DNA from: Myxococcales bacterium | GTDB taxonomy: Bacteria > Myxococcota_A > Polyangia > Polyangiales > Polyangiaceae | DNA: 64,000 nucleotides | Assembly (NCBI GenBank): GCA_016720545.1 | Contig: JADKKK010000003.1 | Location: 345,516 to 409,515, forward strand | Direction of reading: 5' to 3' | Part shown: in pieces, positions 50,534 through 60,380 of the stretch | Layout of the letters: every line of letters starts with the position of its first letter | Position numbering within the stretch: the first letter of the stretch is position 1 | Program-made: the position numbers and the translations under genes | Notes under the pieces: model-generated | Seen by the model: only the letters and a program-made list of their open reading frames with translations | Told to the model about the DNA's origin: nothing | Databases searched by the model: none

Positions 50534-51745
50534 ATGCACAAACACGCCGCCCTCGCCCTCGTGCTCGTCTCCACCTTCGCGTGCTCGCTCGCGTCGCTGC
50601 CGGAAGGCGGGCCGTCCGTCGAGCCCGAGGCGACCGCGACCGAAGCGCGCGGAGAGGCCGAGGCCGACGCGGCGGCTCCAGACGTCGCGCCCGCGCCAGC
50701 GGCTGAGCTCACCGGAGCCGAGCCCGCGACGCTCCCGGTCGTGCACGCGGGCAAGCGCGCCTTCGTGGTGCTGAAGGCGAGTGGCGCGCGCGACGACGCC
50801 GGCGGGGCGCTCGCCGAGGGCCCGCCTCGGCTCGTCGAGACCGACACCGAGGGTGCGTTCGCGGCCCAGCGCGCGGTAGCGGTGGGGAGGCTCGCCCCCG
50901 CGTCGCGAGGGCTGGTCGGCCGGCGGGTGCGCCTCGTCGGTGAAGGCGGCGCCGTGTGCGAGGCTGTGCTCGGGGAGATCTCGCTGCTCGAGCGGGTCTA
51001 CCCCGACGGCGAAGACTACGCGCGGTGGTCGGGCACGGCGCTGGACGACCGCGGTCGAGCGCGCCCTCGCCTCGCCTCGGAGACGATCGCCCTCGAGCTC
51101 TGGCGCAGCACGGACGCCGATCCGTCGGCCGAGCACCCGCTCGTGGCCGCGGTGCGGGCCGTGTCGGGCGACTGCGACGGCGCGGTCGCCGCCCGCGTCG
51201 ACGATGCCGCCGCGCTCTCGGCGACGGAGCGCGCGAGCGACGCGCTCGAGTCCCGCGCGCTGCGCGCCTTCCGCGCGCTGCCCGAGCACACGCGCGTGGG
51301 CGTCGACTACGAGACGCGGTGGCTCGACGAGGTGCGCGCGCTCGAAGGGGCGACGGCGCGGCCTGGCGAGCTCGCGCTCGGTGGAGAGCGCGCCGACGCC
51401 CCCACGCGGAGCGCCACCTGGGACACCCACGCCGAGGCGAGCCCGTCGGTGCGCACGATCGTGGTCGGCGGCGAGACCCTGGTGTGGGTCTCCGCGAGCG
51501 TAGGCGAGGGGTGCGGGGACTTCTCCGCGCAGCTCTCCGCGCTGTTCCGGCGCTCCGAAGACGGGGAGCTCACGGTCGTGCGGGTGTTCGACGGCTTCGC
51601 CGCCGAGCTCGGCGCGGTCGGCGCGCGCGCGGCGGGCTCGCGAAGCGCGCGCGGCTACTCGCTGTACTTCCCCGAAGCGACCGCGGAGACCGTCGACGGC
51701 GAGGTGACCTCGCTCGCGCCCCGAACGTTCGGCTGCGGCTGCTGA
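50534..51745 (+). CDS. Lipoprotein (403 aa), unknown function
   Basis: MHKHAALALVLVSTFACS lipobox. Ends ...FGCGC. Confidence 0.55.
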   Translation: MHKHAALALVLVSTFACSLASLPEGGPSVEPEATATEARGEAEADAAAPDVAPAPAAELTGAEPATLPVVHAGKRAFVVLKASGARDDAGGALAEGPPRLVETDTEGAFAAQRAVAVGRLAPASRGLVGRRVRLVGEGGAVCEAVLGEISLLERVYPDGEDYARWSGTALDDRGRARPRLASETIALELWRSTDADPSAEHPLVAAVRAVSGDCDGAVAARVDDAAALSATERASDALESRALRAFRALPEHTRVGVDYETRWLDEVRALEGATARPGELALGGERADAPTRSATWDTHAEASPSVRTIVVGGETLVWVSASVGEGCGDFSAQLSALFRRSEDGELTVVRVFDGFAAELGAVGARAAGSRSARGYSLYFPEATAETVDGEVTSLAPRTFGCGC

Positions 51746-51749
51746 GCGC

Positions 51750-51790
51750 GACAGACAAAAAAAAGAAGAGCCCGCGATCGCTCGCGGGCT
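51750..51790 (-). terminator. Rho-independent terminator for the minus-strand TRL-like gene. On the minus strand, a hairpin GAGCCCGCGAGCGATCGCGGGCTC is followed by TTCTTTTTTTT.
   Basis: Seen directly. The T-run is rare in this GC background. Confidence 0.75.
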
Positions 51791-51814
51791 CAACCTGCCG
51801 TACGGCGCAGCGGC

Positions 51815-52141
51815 TCAGTTGCCGTTGACGACCGTGCAGCCCTGCTGCCAGATGCCGAGGATGTTGGTGCCGTGGAACTCCACCGAGTGGACGTCCGTGA
51901 CGCCAGCGGCCTTCTTGGCGGCGCCGAGCGAGCCGTCGCCCCAGGACGCGATCCCGAGGACGCCCGACACGCAGGCCTCGCCGTTCTTCGCGCCGGTCTT
52001 GGCCGCGCCCGCGGTCTCGTTGCGGGCCATGCCGTGCGGGATGGTGGAGCCGTTGTACGCGGAGCCGTTGGGGTAGCCGGCGCCACAGCCAACGACGACC
52101 GCGAGAATGCTGCCACACGCGAAAAGTCCGAGCTTGTTCAT
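51815..52141 (-). CDS. Small secreted protein (109 aa), TRL-like family candidate
   Basis: MNKLGLFACGSILAVVVGCGAGY signal. Cys pairs. ...VEFHGTNILGIWQQGCTVVNGN. Preceded by RBS GGGAGA and an AT-richer promoter region. Locally lower GC. Confidence 0.55.
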   Translation of the reverse strand: MNKLGLFACGSILAVVVGCGAGYPNGSAYNGSTIPHGMARNETAGAAKTGAKNGEACVSGVLGIASWGDGSLGAAKKAAGVTDVHSVEFHGTNILGIWQQGCTVVNGN

Positions 52142-52186
52142 TCGATATCTCCCTAGGTTCTTCTTCACGAAAACTTGCCTGGCGTT

Positions 52187-52868
52187 TTAAGGACTCTCCG
52201 ACCGCCCCGAGGTGTCTGCCGGTTTCGGCAGGGCCGGGACCAGGTCGAATCGAAATGAGATCGTCAGGCCCTGAGCGGTGTACCCCATCCCGAAGAGTCT
52301 CCACAAGTACTCGGTGTGCGCGCCCACAGCCAAACGAAATCTACCCGTGTGCACCGCGACAGCGAGCCCCGCGCGGGGTGCGAAAATGTCGACGCTCCAT
52401 TCGCCACGCGCCGCGCTAACCCCGAGCAATCCCAGGCCTATTTGGGCCTCCATTTCCAGGGGGCCGGCCTTGATCCCGCTGGCGTATCCCAGCTGGACGA
52501 GCGTCCAAAGGTATGTCTTGGAGTCGAAGGCGCGAAATACGGTACGCAGCGAGCCGGCCAGGTAGAGGTGCTCTGTCGCGGCGGTGGTGGTCTGCCCCGC
52601 CCCGAGCTCGACCGTGCCTAGGCGCAGCGGCTCGCCGCGCGCGCGGTACCACACGGGGCCGCCGTCAGCCTCGAGCCCCACGGTCGTGTTGGAAGCGTCG
52701 AAGAGCCCCGCGCGCTTCGTGGTGCTCTTCTTCGGCAACGCGCGAGGATCTTCCTCCGCGGGCGGCACGCCGGGCACGCGCGTCCAGTCGACGCCCTGCG
52801 CGCGGGCGGGCCGCGGCGCGAGGCCGAGCGCCAGAAGGCACAGCCCCGCCAGCGCTCGCTTCACGGGC
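52187..52868 (-). CDS. Outer-membrane beta-barrel-like secreted protein (227 aa)
   Basis: GTG start VKRALAGLCLLALGLAPRPARAQG signal. Alternating amphipathic beta-strand pattern. Confidence 0.5.
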
Positions 52869-53868
52869 GGCCCGCGCCGCGGTCGAGGGCGTCGGGGAAG
52901 GGACCAAAGCGCTGGTCGGCGAGCGCGCGGACGGCCCGCGCGATGCGCGGATCGCCGGGCTGGGGCGGCGCCGGATCGCGGTCGAAGAGGCGCGTGGCTT
53001 CGGACGCGAACGCGAGGATCTCGGGCCGAACGCTGAGCTCGCCGTTGCCGCTGACGGCGAGGACCGCGCCGATGCGCTGGTCGGCGGTGAAGCGACGGTA
53101 CACCTCGCGCTTGGCCTCGAAATACGCCCACGCCGCGCCGCGGTTCGGCAGCGGTCCGAGCGCCGCGACGTAGCGCGACGGCTCGGCGAAGAGCCCCACC
53201 GGGTAGGCCTCGCCGCGCGGCACGCCGAGGTAGGTCATGATGGTGCTGATCGAGGGCAGGTTGCTCGCGGGCCCCACGGGCGGCGGCTTGCCCCCGCCCG
53301 CCTCGACGGAGAGCGCCACGAGCTCGGAGCAATAGAGCGCCGAGTGGTCGTGCGTGTCGAAGTGCGTGTCGAACTTCACATCGCCGCGCGCGTAGAGAGA
53401 GCGCGCGTACGCCGCCATTTTCTCGCCGTCGGTGCCGGGTGGCGGATCGTAGATCTCGGTGTGGATGTTCGGGCTCGCGTACTCGAAGAGCGGCCGGCGG
53501 TACATCTTGCCCGAGATGTTGTCGAGCATGCGCGAGTGGAGCGGCACCGACGCCACCTCGCCGGTCACGTCGTACACGTACGGCTCGTCGTCCTCGATCG
53601 AGAGCACGGCCGCGTGCGTGAACGGGTAGAACTTGTCGGGCAGCATGAGGAACGCGTAGCTGGTCGCGTCCGGCGACTCGGTGAGCACGATCTGCCCCGA
53701 GCGGAGCGGCATCCCGAGGTAGTTGTTCTTGGGCGGCTTCACCCCCGCGGGCACGCCCCGGTCGATGATGTTCACACGACCCACCGGGCGCGCCATCGCG
53801 CAGCCGCTCGCGAGCGCGAGGACCGCTACGCCCAGCACCAGGGCCCCAAGACCTGGCCGACGGCTCAT
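52861..53868 (-). CDS. Lipoprotein with YiiX/YaeF (C92, permuted papain-fold) domain
   Basis: Lipobox LALASGC. HSALYCSELVALSV matches the YiiX QYCSEVVWKV catalytic Cys. Upstream SGQIVLTE / AAVLSIEDDEPYVYDVTGEV parallels GDIIF / HTGMLV..PYVFEAVGPV. Confidence 0.65.
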   Translation of the reverse strand: MSRRPGLGALVLGVAVLALASGCAMARPVGRVNIIDRGVPAGVKPPKNNYLGMPLRSGQIVLTESPDATSYAFLMLPDKFYPFTHAAVLSIEDDEPYVYDVTGEVASVPLHSRMLDNISGKMYRRPLFEYASPNIHTEIYDPPPGTDGEKMAAYARSLYARGDVKFDTHFDTHDHSALYCSELVALSVEAGGGKPPPVGPASNLPSISTIMTYLGVPRGEAYPVGLFAEPSRYVAALGPLPNRGAAWAYFEAKREVYRRFTADQRIGAVLAVSGNGELSVRPEILAFASEATRLFDRDPAPPQPGDPRIARAVRALADQRFGPFPDALDRGAGRP

Positions 53869-54215
53869 CGCCCCCCCCCGTCGGCGGGCTGGGAGACGGG
53901 CGCCGCGACGGACCCGACCGGCGCGACGGATGCAGCGGGCGGCGCAGAAGCCTCCGGGGCTGCGCTGTCGGGGCTGCCCTCTCCGGCGTCGCGAGTGAGC
54001 GACGGCATCGGCCCCACGAGATCGCGCCCCTTCGCCGTGCCGTGCGCCCCGGCTCGGAAGTTCGAGCGCTCGCCCGGCCCTACCTCGCGGAAGTCGGCCC
54101 GCAGCGAGTCAGGAATGTGAACGCACGCGAGCGCCCCACACGACACCACCCCTGCCAACGCCAGCCCTCGCACACCCATGCGCGCCACATACTCCAAAAC
54201 CCCACCCGACGTCAT
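53865..54215 (-). CDS. Small lipoprotein (116 aa)
   Basis: MGVRGLALAGVVSCGALAC. Overlaps the downstream gene by 4 nt. Confidence 0.45.
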   Translation of the reverse strand: MTSGGVLEYVARMGVRGLALAGVVSCGALACVHIPDSLRADFREVGPGERSNFRAGAHGTAKGRDLVGPMPSLTRDAGEGSPDSAAPEASAPPAASVAPVGSVAAPVSQPADGGGR

Positions 54216-54286
54216 GCGCCGCGCGCGCCGCGGCGACCGCTCGGGCACGGATCTGACCGCGGCGGTTTGCTGTACGCTTCTGCCAC

Positions 54287-55384
54287 GTGACGCGAGCCTG
54301 CGCCTTCCCCGTGGCGGTCCTCGCCGCCGCCCTCGCGTGCGCCACTGTCGGCGCGGAGAAGCGGGCGTTCGCCGACGAGCCGAAGCCCCGTTCCACCGTC
54401 CTGCAGCGCGCCCGCGCGAGCTCAGACCTGCTCGACACGGCGCCCACCATCGCGGCGGTCGAGGGCACATGGTCGATCATGCTCCAGGCCGGCACCCTCA
54501 TGAGCACGCGGGCGTGGCTCGGCCCGTACCCGCGCGGGCTCGCAGCCCACGTCGCCACGCGCGCCCTCTACGGCACCACGTGGTCGGTGATGCTCGCCTC
54601 GGAGACCCTCCTCGCCCTCACCGTCTCGGGCGGCAGCTTCGCGTGGCTCGGCGAGGCCCACTACCGGGCCGATCAGCTCTTCGGCGTCGGCGTGCCCGCG
54701 GGGTGCGGCTCGTTCGGCGCGAACGGCGGCTGCGGGGTGGGGCTGGGCGGCTTCGCGGGGCTCCACGCGCGCCTCTCGGGCTCGCCGGTTTGGGTCGAGG
54801 TGTCGGGCGGCTGGATCCAGCAGCGCGTGGGCACCGACGCCCAGCGCACGCTCGGCGAGTCGACCTGGGTGATGACCCCGATCGGGATCACCGCCGAGGG
54901 CGTGGTGAACCGGGGCGGCGCGGTCGAGCTCCGCGCGACCGGCGGACCCCACCTCCAGTTCGGCATGCACAACGGGCACGTGCACCCCACGGCGCTCGGC
55001 GACGAGACCCTCTCGGTCCCCTGGACCGAGCTCTTCCCCATGCACATGGGCCTCGGGCCGGGCGCGCGCGCCGAGGTGCGGCTCGTGCTTGGCCAGCGGG
55101 TCTCCCTCGACCTCGAGGGCGTCTTCACGCCGCTGCTGCTCTCCAGCACCGAGGAGCACCCGCGGGCCGTCCTCGCGCCGCTCGGCCCCACGGCCGGCCA
55201 GGGATTGCCCACGTGGCGCCGCCTCGCGATAGGTGCAAGCTACATCGATCGCGCCGTCCGCGTGGGCCTCTCGTTCTTCGGCGCGGAGCTGTCGGGGCGC
55301 CCGGTGACCACGCTCGGACACCAGGCGATCGCCCTGCGGCTCGACTTCCCGCTCGGGCTCGACTCCCGCGAATCCAGGCGCTAG
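54287..55384 (+). CDS. Secreted Gly-rich protein (365 aa), unknown function
   Basis: Signal FPVAVLAAALACATVGA. Gly/Cys-rich GCGSFGANGGCGVGLGGFAGL. Confidence 0.5.
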   Translation: MTRACAFPVAVLAAALACATVGAEKRAFADEPKPRSTVLQRARASSDLLDTAPTIAAVEGTWSIMLQAGTLMSTRAWLGPYPRGLAAHVATRALYGTTWSVMLASETLLALTVSGGSFAWLGEAHYRADQLFGVGVPAGCGSFGANGGCGVGLGGFAGLHARLSGSPVWVEVSGGWIQQRVGTDAQRTLGESTWVMTPIGITAEGVVNRGGAVELRATGGPHLQFGMHNGHVHPTALGDETLSVPWTELFPMHMGLGPGARAEVRLVLGQRVSLDLEGVFTPLLLSSTEEHPRAVLAPLGPTAGQGLPTWRRLAIGASYIDRAVRVGLSFFGAELSGRPVTTLGHQAIALRLDFPLGLDSRESRR

Positions 55385-55469
55385 CGCTCCGCGGCCACTG
55401 GCGCGAGCCTCGGGCAAGCCTCGCTCCGACGAGGCCGCCGAGCCTCTGGCTCGTCGAGCAACTCGGGTA

Positions 55470-55548
55470 GCTGCCGAGGAGGAGCGTCGAAGCGCGGCGA
55501 CGCAAATCGGCGGAAAGCCGACCGAATCAAGCGGTTCGGTGCTCTAGG
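55470..55548. repeat. Second, half-length copy of the 14937-15097 element (about 85% identity over about 80 bp: GAGGAGGAGC..CGAAAG..CGGCGACG.AAATCGGCG.AAAGCCGACCGAATCAAGCGGTTCGG.GCTCTAGG)
   Basis: Seen directly. Confidence 0.7.
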
Positions 55549-55628
55549 CAGCCAGGGGTGGGCTGGTGTAACCTCGGCCCGGCCACTCGGCCCTCCGAGC
55601 CACGCCCACGCCACCCAGAAAGAGCTCT

Positions 55629-56870
55629 GTGATCTCCTCGAAACTCCCCCGCACCAAAGAAGACCGCGCGATCTTCTTCGACGAAAAGGCCTGGCTGAAC
55701 CGCTGGGACCGGCTGACCGAGGAGGGGAAGAAGCTCAAGCGCTGCAAGCGCTGCCTGTACGGCGAGGATCTCCCGTCCATTAAGTTCGACGAGCTCGGCG
55801 TCTGCAACTACTGCGCGATGCACGACAAGCTCGAGGCCGAGTACCAGACCGGCTCCGAGGCGGCTTCGCGCCGGTTCTCGGAGATCGTGCAGAGCATCAA
55901 GGACGAGGGCCGGGGAAAACCCTACGATCTGGTGGTCGGGGTGAGCGGCGGCGCCGATTCGTCGTACCTCATCCACCTCGCGAAGGAGCGCGGCCTCCGC
56001 CCGCTCGCTGTTCACTACGACAACACGTGGAACTCCACCATCGCGGTGGAGAACATCCATAGCGTGCTGAAGAAGCACGACGTGGAGCTCAACACCTACG
56101 TGGTCGACAACGAGGAGTACGACGAGATTTACCGCGCGTTCCTGCGCTCTGGCACGATCGACCTCGACTGCCCGACCGATCTCGCCCTCGCGACCGTGCT
56201 CAATCGCGTCGCTGAAGAGGTGGGGACGCGCTTCATCTTCGAGGGCCACTCCTTCCAGAGCGAGGGCCTGTTCCCCATCGGCTGGCTCTACATGGACGCT
56301 CGCTACGTCCAGAGCGTCGTCACGCGCCATGGAAACGTGAAGCTCGACACGTATCCGAGCCTCTGGTTGAAAGACCAACTCCGCTGGATGCTCGCGCGGC
56401 GAATCAGGAAGGTACGACCGCTCTGGTATCTCCGGTACGACAAGCCGGCCGTCAAGGAGATGCTCATCCGAGACTACGGCTGGAAGTGGTACGGCGGTCA
56501 CCACCTCGAGAACCGGATCACCTCTTTCTGGCACACCTACTTCGCCCCCCGCAGGTGGAGCATCGACGCCCGCATCGTCGGGCACTCCGCGCACGTTCGC
56601 TCGGGCCTCCTGGGCCGCGACGAGGCGGCGGCCGATATCGAGGGACCTCCGCCTTGCTCCATGGACCAAGTGTTCATGATCATGAAGCGCTGGGGGTTCG
56701 ACCAGGCCCAATTCGAAGACTTGATGACGCTTCCGTTCCACGGGTATCGTGAATACGACACGTACAAGACCGTCTTCGAGAGGGGGCGCCCGTTCTTCTA
56801 CATGCTCGCCAAGCTCGAGCTCATTCCGATGAGCTTCTACGTAAAGTACACGTCGAAGGACAACATCTGA
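55629..56870 (+). CDS. N-acetyl sugar amidotransferase (WbpG/PseA-like PP-loop ATP pyrophosphatase)
   Basis: CxxC...CxxC N-terminus (CKRCLYGEDLPSIKFDELGVCNYC). PP-loop VGVSGGADSSY. Noticeably lower GC and A/T-ending codons compared with neighbours. Confidence 0.7.
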   Translation: MISSKLPRTKEDRAIFFDEKAWLNRWDRLTEEGKKLKRCKRCLYGEDLPSIKFDELGVCNYCAMHDKLEAEYQTGSEAASRRFSEIVQSIKDEGRGKPYDLVVGVSGGADSSYLIHLAKERGLRPLAVHYDNTWNSTIAVENIHSVLKKHDVELNTYVVDNEEYDEIYRAFLRSGTIDLDCPTDLALATVLNRVAEEVGTRFIFEGHSFQSEGLFPIGWLYMDARYVQSVVTRHGNVKLDTYPSLWLKDQLRWMLARRIRKVRPLWYLRYDKPAVKEMLIRDYGWKWYGGHHLENRITSFWHTYFAPRRWSIDARIVGHSAHVRSGLLGRDEAAADIEGPPPCSMDQVFMIMKRWGFDQAQFEDLMTLPFHGYREYDTYKTVFERGRPFFYMLAKLELIPMSFYVKYTSKDNI

Positions 56871-57002
56871 GGAACGAGATCTCGTGAAGTTGGGTTGGTC
56901 CTATTCCCACATGGAGTCGACGCAGATCGCCTGCGTCGAGCAGCTCGCGTCCACGGGGACCGTGCGCGACGGCGCTGCGCAGCGCGATTCGAGAGGTAGC
57001 AA

Positions 57003-58010
57003 GTGAGCGACGCAGGTCTTTCTGAACACTGGAGCGCGGACCGCCTCAAGCTTCCGTCGCAAATCGCCCCCGACGACTACGTGAAGGCCCTCCTCGCGTC
57101 CGTGCCCGAGGAACGATACGACCACTATCGGCTCTACCCTGCGACGGACAAGAAGGGCTGGCAGGAGTTCCGGCGAGAGCGCCTGAGAGACGCGCTCGCC
57201 GACGAGGAGACCGTCTTCTTCGGCGACATCGTAGATGGCTTGGCGCTGGCCGTTGGCTGCAAGCTGCCCAGCTGGGACCTGAACCACTTCGGCTTCCCCA
57301 TCGCGAAGATCACCTGGATGGTCTCGTACAACTTGGCGGGCGCCTCGCGAGTCATGGCGCGCCTCATGGACGAGTGCATGGCGTTCCTCGCGAGCCGCGG
57401 CGTCAAGCTCATCGTCACGAGGGTGGACGGGGACGATCTCGCGAACCTCCACCTGCTCGAAGATCAGGGGTATCGGTACTACGAGAACTCGCTCTGGTCC
57501 GTCATGGACTACTCGAAGATGCCGGCGTCGTTCGAGCGTCCCAACGTTCGCTTCATCGAAGACGCGGACATCGAGCGGGTGCTCGATCTCGCGGGGCGCT
57601 ACCAGTACTCGCGCAGCCACTACTACTGCGACGAGCGCATGGATCGCGCCCGGATCGACGACATGTACCGGGAGTGGTTCAAGACCAGCCTTCGGCGCAA
57701 AGAGCCCGTCATGGTCGTCCTCGACGAGGGCGAGGTCATCGGGGGCATCGTCTACCGGTTCCAGCCTTCGCTCTCGAAGCATCTGGGCCACAACTACGGC
57801 CAGCCCCACCTCATGATGATCGAGCCCCGCTCGCGCGGGAAGGGGCTCGGCATGGCGATGTTCCAGGGGAGCATGTACCTCATGTCGACCCTCGGCTCCA
57901 CGTGGCTCGACACGGGCCTCGCGAGCAGGAATCACCCCTCCGCGCGCACCACGATCACCTCGGGCTTCCGCCCCGTCTACGAGGAGATCACCTTCCACCG
58001 TTGGCTCTGA
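57003..58010 (+). CDS. GNAT-fold acyltransferase (two-lobed, sugar N-acyltransferase-like)
   Basis: C-terminal GNAT core VMVVLDEGEVIGGIVY...PRSRGKGLGMAMF. Lower GC, like the amidotransferase. Confidence 0.55.
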   Translation: MSDAGLSEHWSADRLKLPSQIAPDDYVKALLASVPEERYDHYRLYPATDKKGWQEFRRERLRDALADEETVFFGDIVDGLALAVGCKLPSWDLNHFGFPIAKITWMVSYNLAGASRVMARLMDECMAFLASRGVKLIVTRVDGDDLANLHLLEDQGYRYYENSLWSVMDYSKMPASFERPNVRFIEDADIERVLDLAGRYQYSRSHYYCDERMDRARIDDMYREWFKTSLRRKEPVMVVLDEGEVIGGIVYRFQPSLSKHLGHNYGQPHLMMIEPRSRGKGLGMAMFQGSMYLMSTLGSTWLDTGLASRNHPSARTTITSGFRPVYEEITFHRWL

Positions 58011-58101
58011 GCGGCGGCAGCTCGCGAGGTGGCGCGGCTCCGCGCGGGCGTGGCGGCATCGGCCCGTGTATCAACGGGCTTAGCAGCCCGCGCCGGGCTC
58101 G

Positions 58102-59490
58102 TCAGCCCACCTGCCCCGCGCACTCGACGCGAAAATCCCCCGAGCCGTCGAACCACACGTCGAAGATGGGGAGGCCATTTCCAAGGACGAACAATGTACG
58201 TGCAAGTTGCACGGACGCGAGCTGACTGATCTCTTCGGTGAGCGCCGCCGCTAGCTTCGCCTCCACGAGGCCCAGGCGTATCAACAGCTTCACGGTGAAG
58301 CCGCGCGTCGCGACGGCGACCTCGGGGTGGGCCACGAACATCTGCGTCCCGTAGGCGAGGGGTGAGATCAGCGGCACTTGCGAGAAGGGTCCGAGCGCGT
58401 CGTCGAGCCTCACGCGAAGCACGGCCCCCTCCACGTGCCCCCCCGGGAGCGCCGCGTAGAGGGCCTCCGTCGACCCGCTCCAGCGTGCGCTGAAGAACGT
58501 CCGCAGGAAGGCGCGCACGAGATCTCGCCGGGTGCCGTAGTCGTCCGCGTGGAGCATCGACAACTTGAGATGGCCACAGCCAAGGAGCTCGGGGGTCGAC
58601 AGCATGTCGAGCAGATGCGGCACCGCCTCGGGAGGGGGGGCCGTGAAGAACCTCCGCCACTCCCAGGTCTCGGAGATGCCCTCGACGTGCCGCGCGAGGT
58701 CTGGGTGGGCGCGTGCCGCCGCGATGGTCCTATTCCCTGCGGTCGTGTCCGTGTGCAGGCCACACGCCCCGAAGTCGTCGAGGCGTGCCTCCAGCACGGC
58801 GCCCACCTCGGCCTCGGTCATCGCGCGCTTGCGGAGGCTCTCGAGCGCCGAGAGCGCGAGGAGGATCTCGCCGCCGTCGCCGCCGGGCGTGCCCCAGAGG
58901 GCCCCGTGGTCACGCCCGTCGACACACGAGAGGTGCCCGCCCATGAGCAGGGCGCCGAGCTTCTGCCGGTGGATCGCCCGCGGATCGCCGAGGTGTTCGC
59001 GAATGTCTTCCAGGGAGAGCCGTCGACGCTCGGCCTCGAAGTGGGGAGCGATGCGGGCGATCTTGCCGAGGCGGAGGGGGAGCGCGCGGGTCGTCGCGTA
59101 GCCCCGAGAGCGCCACTCCGAGATGCCGCCCCACATGTAGGCGACGAAGCGCATTCCGCGCCCCTCGAGGGCCTTCGCGAGCGCGGGGGCGCGCTCGTTG
59201 GCGCGGTCGACCAGGAGCACCGGGTCGTCGCGATCGAGCGCCTCGACGACCTGTCCGAGGTCCTCGGGGCACACCGAGAAAGAGCCAGGGACCCGGCCCA
59301 TCGGCCCCGAGAGCTCGGCCGCGTCGCGCACGTCGACGAAGTGAAGGAGGCGGGCGTGCTTCGCGGCGAACGCGGCCGTCAGCGCCGGCTCCTGGCTCGC
59401 GCTGCGCACGATGGACTCCGCCCAGGTGAGGCGGAAGCTCCGGAGAGACGGCGGGACCGAGCCTATCTCTGGCACGAGGGACGTATCCAT
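58102..59490 (-). CDS. Rhodanese-domain protein with large uncharacterised C-terminal domain (463 aa)
   Basis: FVDVRDAAELSG..GRVPGS and LLVDRANERAPALAKALEGRGMRFVAYMWGGISEW, then about 300 aa with no recognised motif. Confidence 0.55.
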   Translation of the reverse strand: MDTSLVPEIGSVPPSLRSFRLTWAESIVRSASQEPALTAAFAAKHARLLHFVDVRDAAELSGPMGRVPGSFSVCPEDLGQVVEALDRDDPVLLVDRANERAPALAKALEGRGMRFVAYMWGGISEWRSRGYATTRALPLRLGKIARIAPHFEAERRRLSLEDIREHLGDPRAIHRQKLGALLMGGHLSCVDGRDHGALWGTPGGDGGEILLALSALESLRKRAMTEAEVGAVLEARLDDFGACGLHTDTTAGNRTIAAARAHPDLARHVEGISETWEWRRFFTAPPPEAVPHLLDMLSTPELLGCGHLKLSMLHADDYGTRRDLVRAFLRTFFSARWSGSTEALYAALPGGHVEGAVLRVRLDDALGPFSQVPLISPLAYGTQMFVAHPEVAVATRGFTVKLLIRLGLVEAKLAAALTEEISQLASVQLARTLFVLGNGLPIFDVWFDGSGDFRVECAGQVG

Positions 59491-59697
59491 CCGCAAAGAG
59501 TACGCCGCCCCGCGCGGGCCCCCGCGAGAATTGCGGGCTTCGCAGCCCGATCGCCGGGGCGCCGGGGCGCCGCCGCGGACACGACCGCCGGGGACCTGGG
59601 CACGTGCCCACCGTCCGCGCACGCCTGCCACCGGGGCCGCCTCGCGCGGGCGTTCCTCCTCACGCTCGGCCGGATTGTGGCCTATAGAGACGGCTCG

Positions 59698-60312
59698 ATG
59701 GGTCTCTCGCCTGCCCTCCCGGGTTCGTCACGGTCACGCGCGGCGCGTCCGGCTACGCCGCGCGCGAGCGCCCACCTGCTCCTCGGCGCCATCGCGCCCA
59801 TGCTGCTCACGGGCTGCATTCGCGGCTTCACGCGCGCGGAGACCGGCGCCGCGTACAACCTCGCCGCGCGCGACGGCCACTCGGGGCAGGTGTTCTCGGT
59901 CGACACCGCGATCGGGGTGGACGCCAAGACCGTCAAGTGGATCGACGGGGGGCCGCTGCCGTTCGCGGTGCACACGTCAGGCACGGCGATCCTCGCGCCG
60001 GATCGCAAGGTGTTCGGCTGGGGCACGGGGCTCGCGTACTACGGCTCGCCGCGGCCAATCTCCGGCTACCTGCTCGGCGGCACGTCGCTCCACTTCGACG
60101 AGATCAATGGCAAGTTCAGCTTCGGCAACGTGAGCCCGTACGGCGAGGTCGGTATCCTCACGTCGGTCCCGGCGCGCCACCGGCCCGAGGGCAACGGGCT
60201 CATCTTGAGCTTAGGCCTCCAGGGCGCGACGTACTTCAACTATCTCGTCAAGGGCAACGAGGTCGACGGCTTCCTCCTCGTGAAGCTGGGAGTCGGCTGG
60301 GAAGTGAACTGA
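59698..60312 (+). CDS. Lipoprotein (204 aa)
   Basis: LLLGAIAPMLLTGC lipobox. Beta-rich C-terminus. Confidence 0.5.
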   Translation: MGLSPALPGSSRSRAARPATPRASAHLLLGAIAPMLLTGCIRGFTRAETGAAYNLAARDGHSGQVFSVDTAIGVDAKTVKWIDGGPLPFAVHTSGTAILAPDRKVFGWGTGLAYYGSPRPISGYLLGGTSLHFDEINGKFSFGNVSPYGEVGILTSVPARHRPEGNGLILSLGLQGATYFNYLVKGNEVDGFLLVKLGVGWEVN

Positions 60313-60380
60313 GCGCGCGCCCGCGGTCGAGACCTTTCGCGTCTTCGCGTGAGGCGAGCGACCGCGACCCGGTCCGGGTA

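Noticed and set aside
56885-57005. 40-aa ORF (VKLGWSYSHMESTQIACVEQLAS...) ending in GTGA overlap with the GNAT gene
   Set aside because: Too short and without motifs. It could be an unannotated leader or an N-terminal extension. Left uncalled.
58378-59697. 5' part of the 644-aa plus-strand ORF
   Set aside because: Antisense of the rhodanese-fusion gene. The real plus-strand gene starts at the ATG at 59698 (lipobox lipoprotein).
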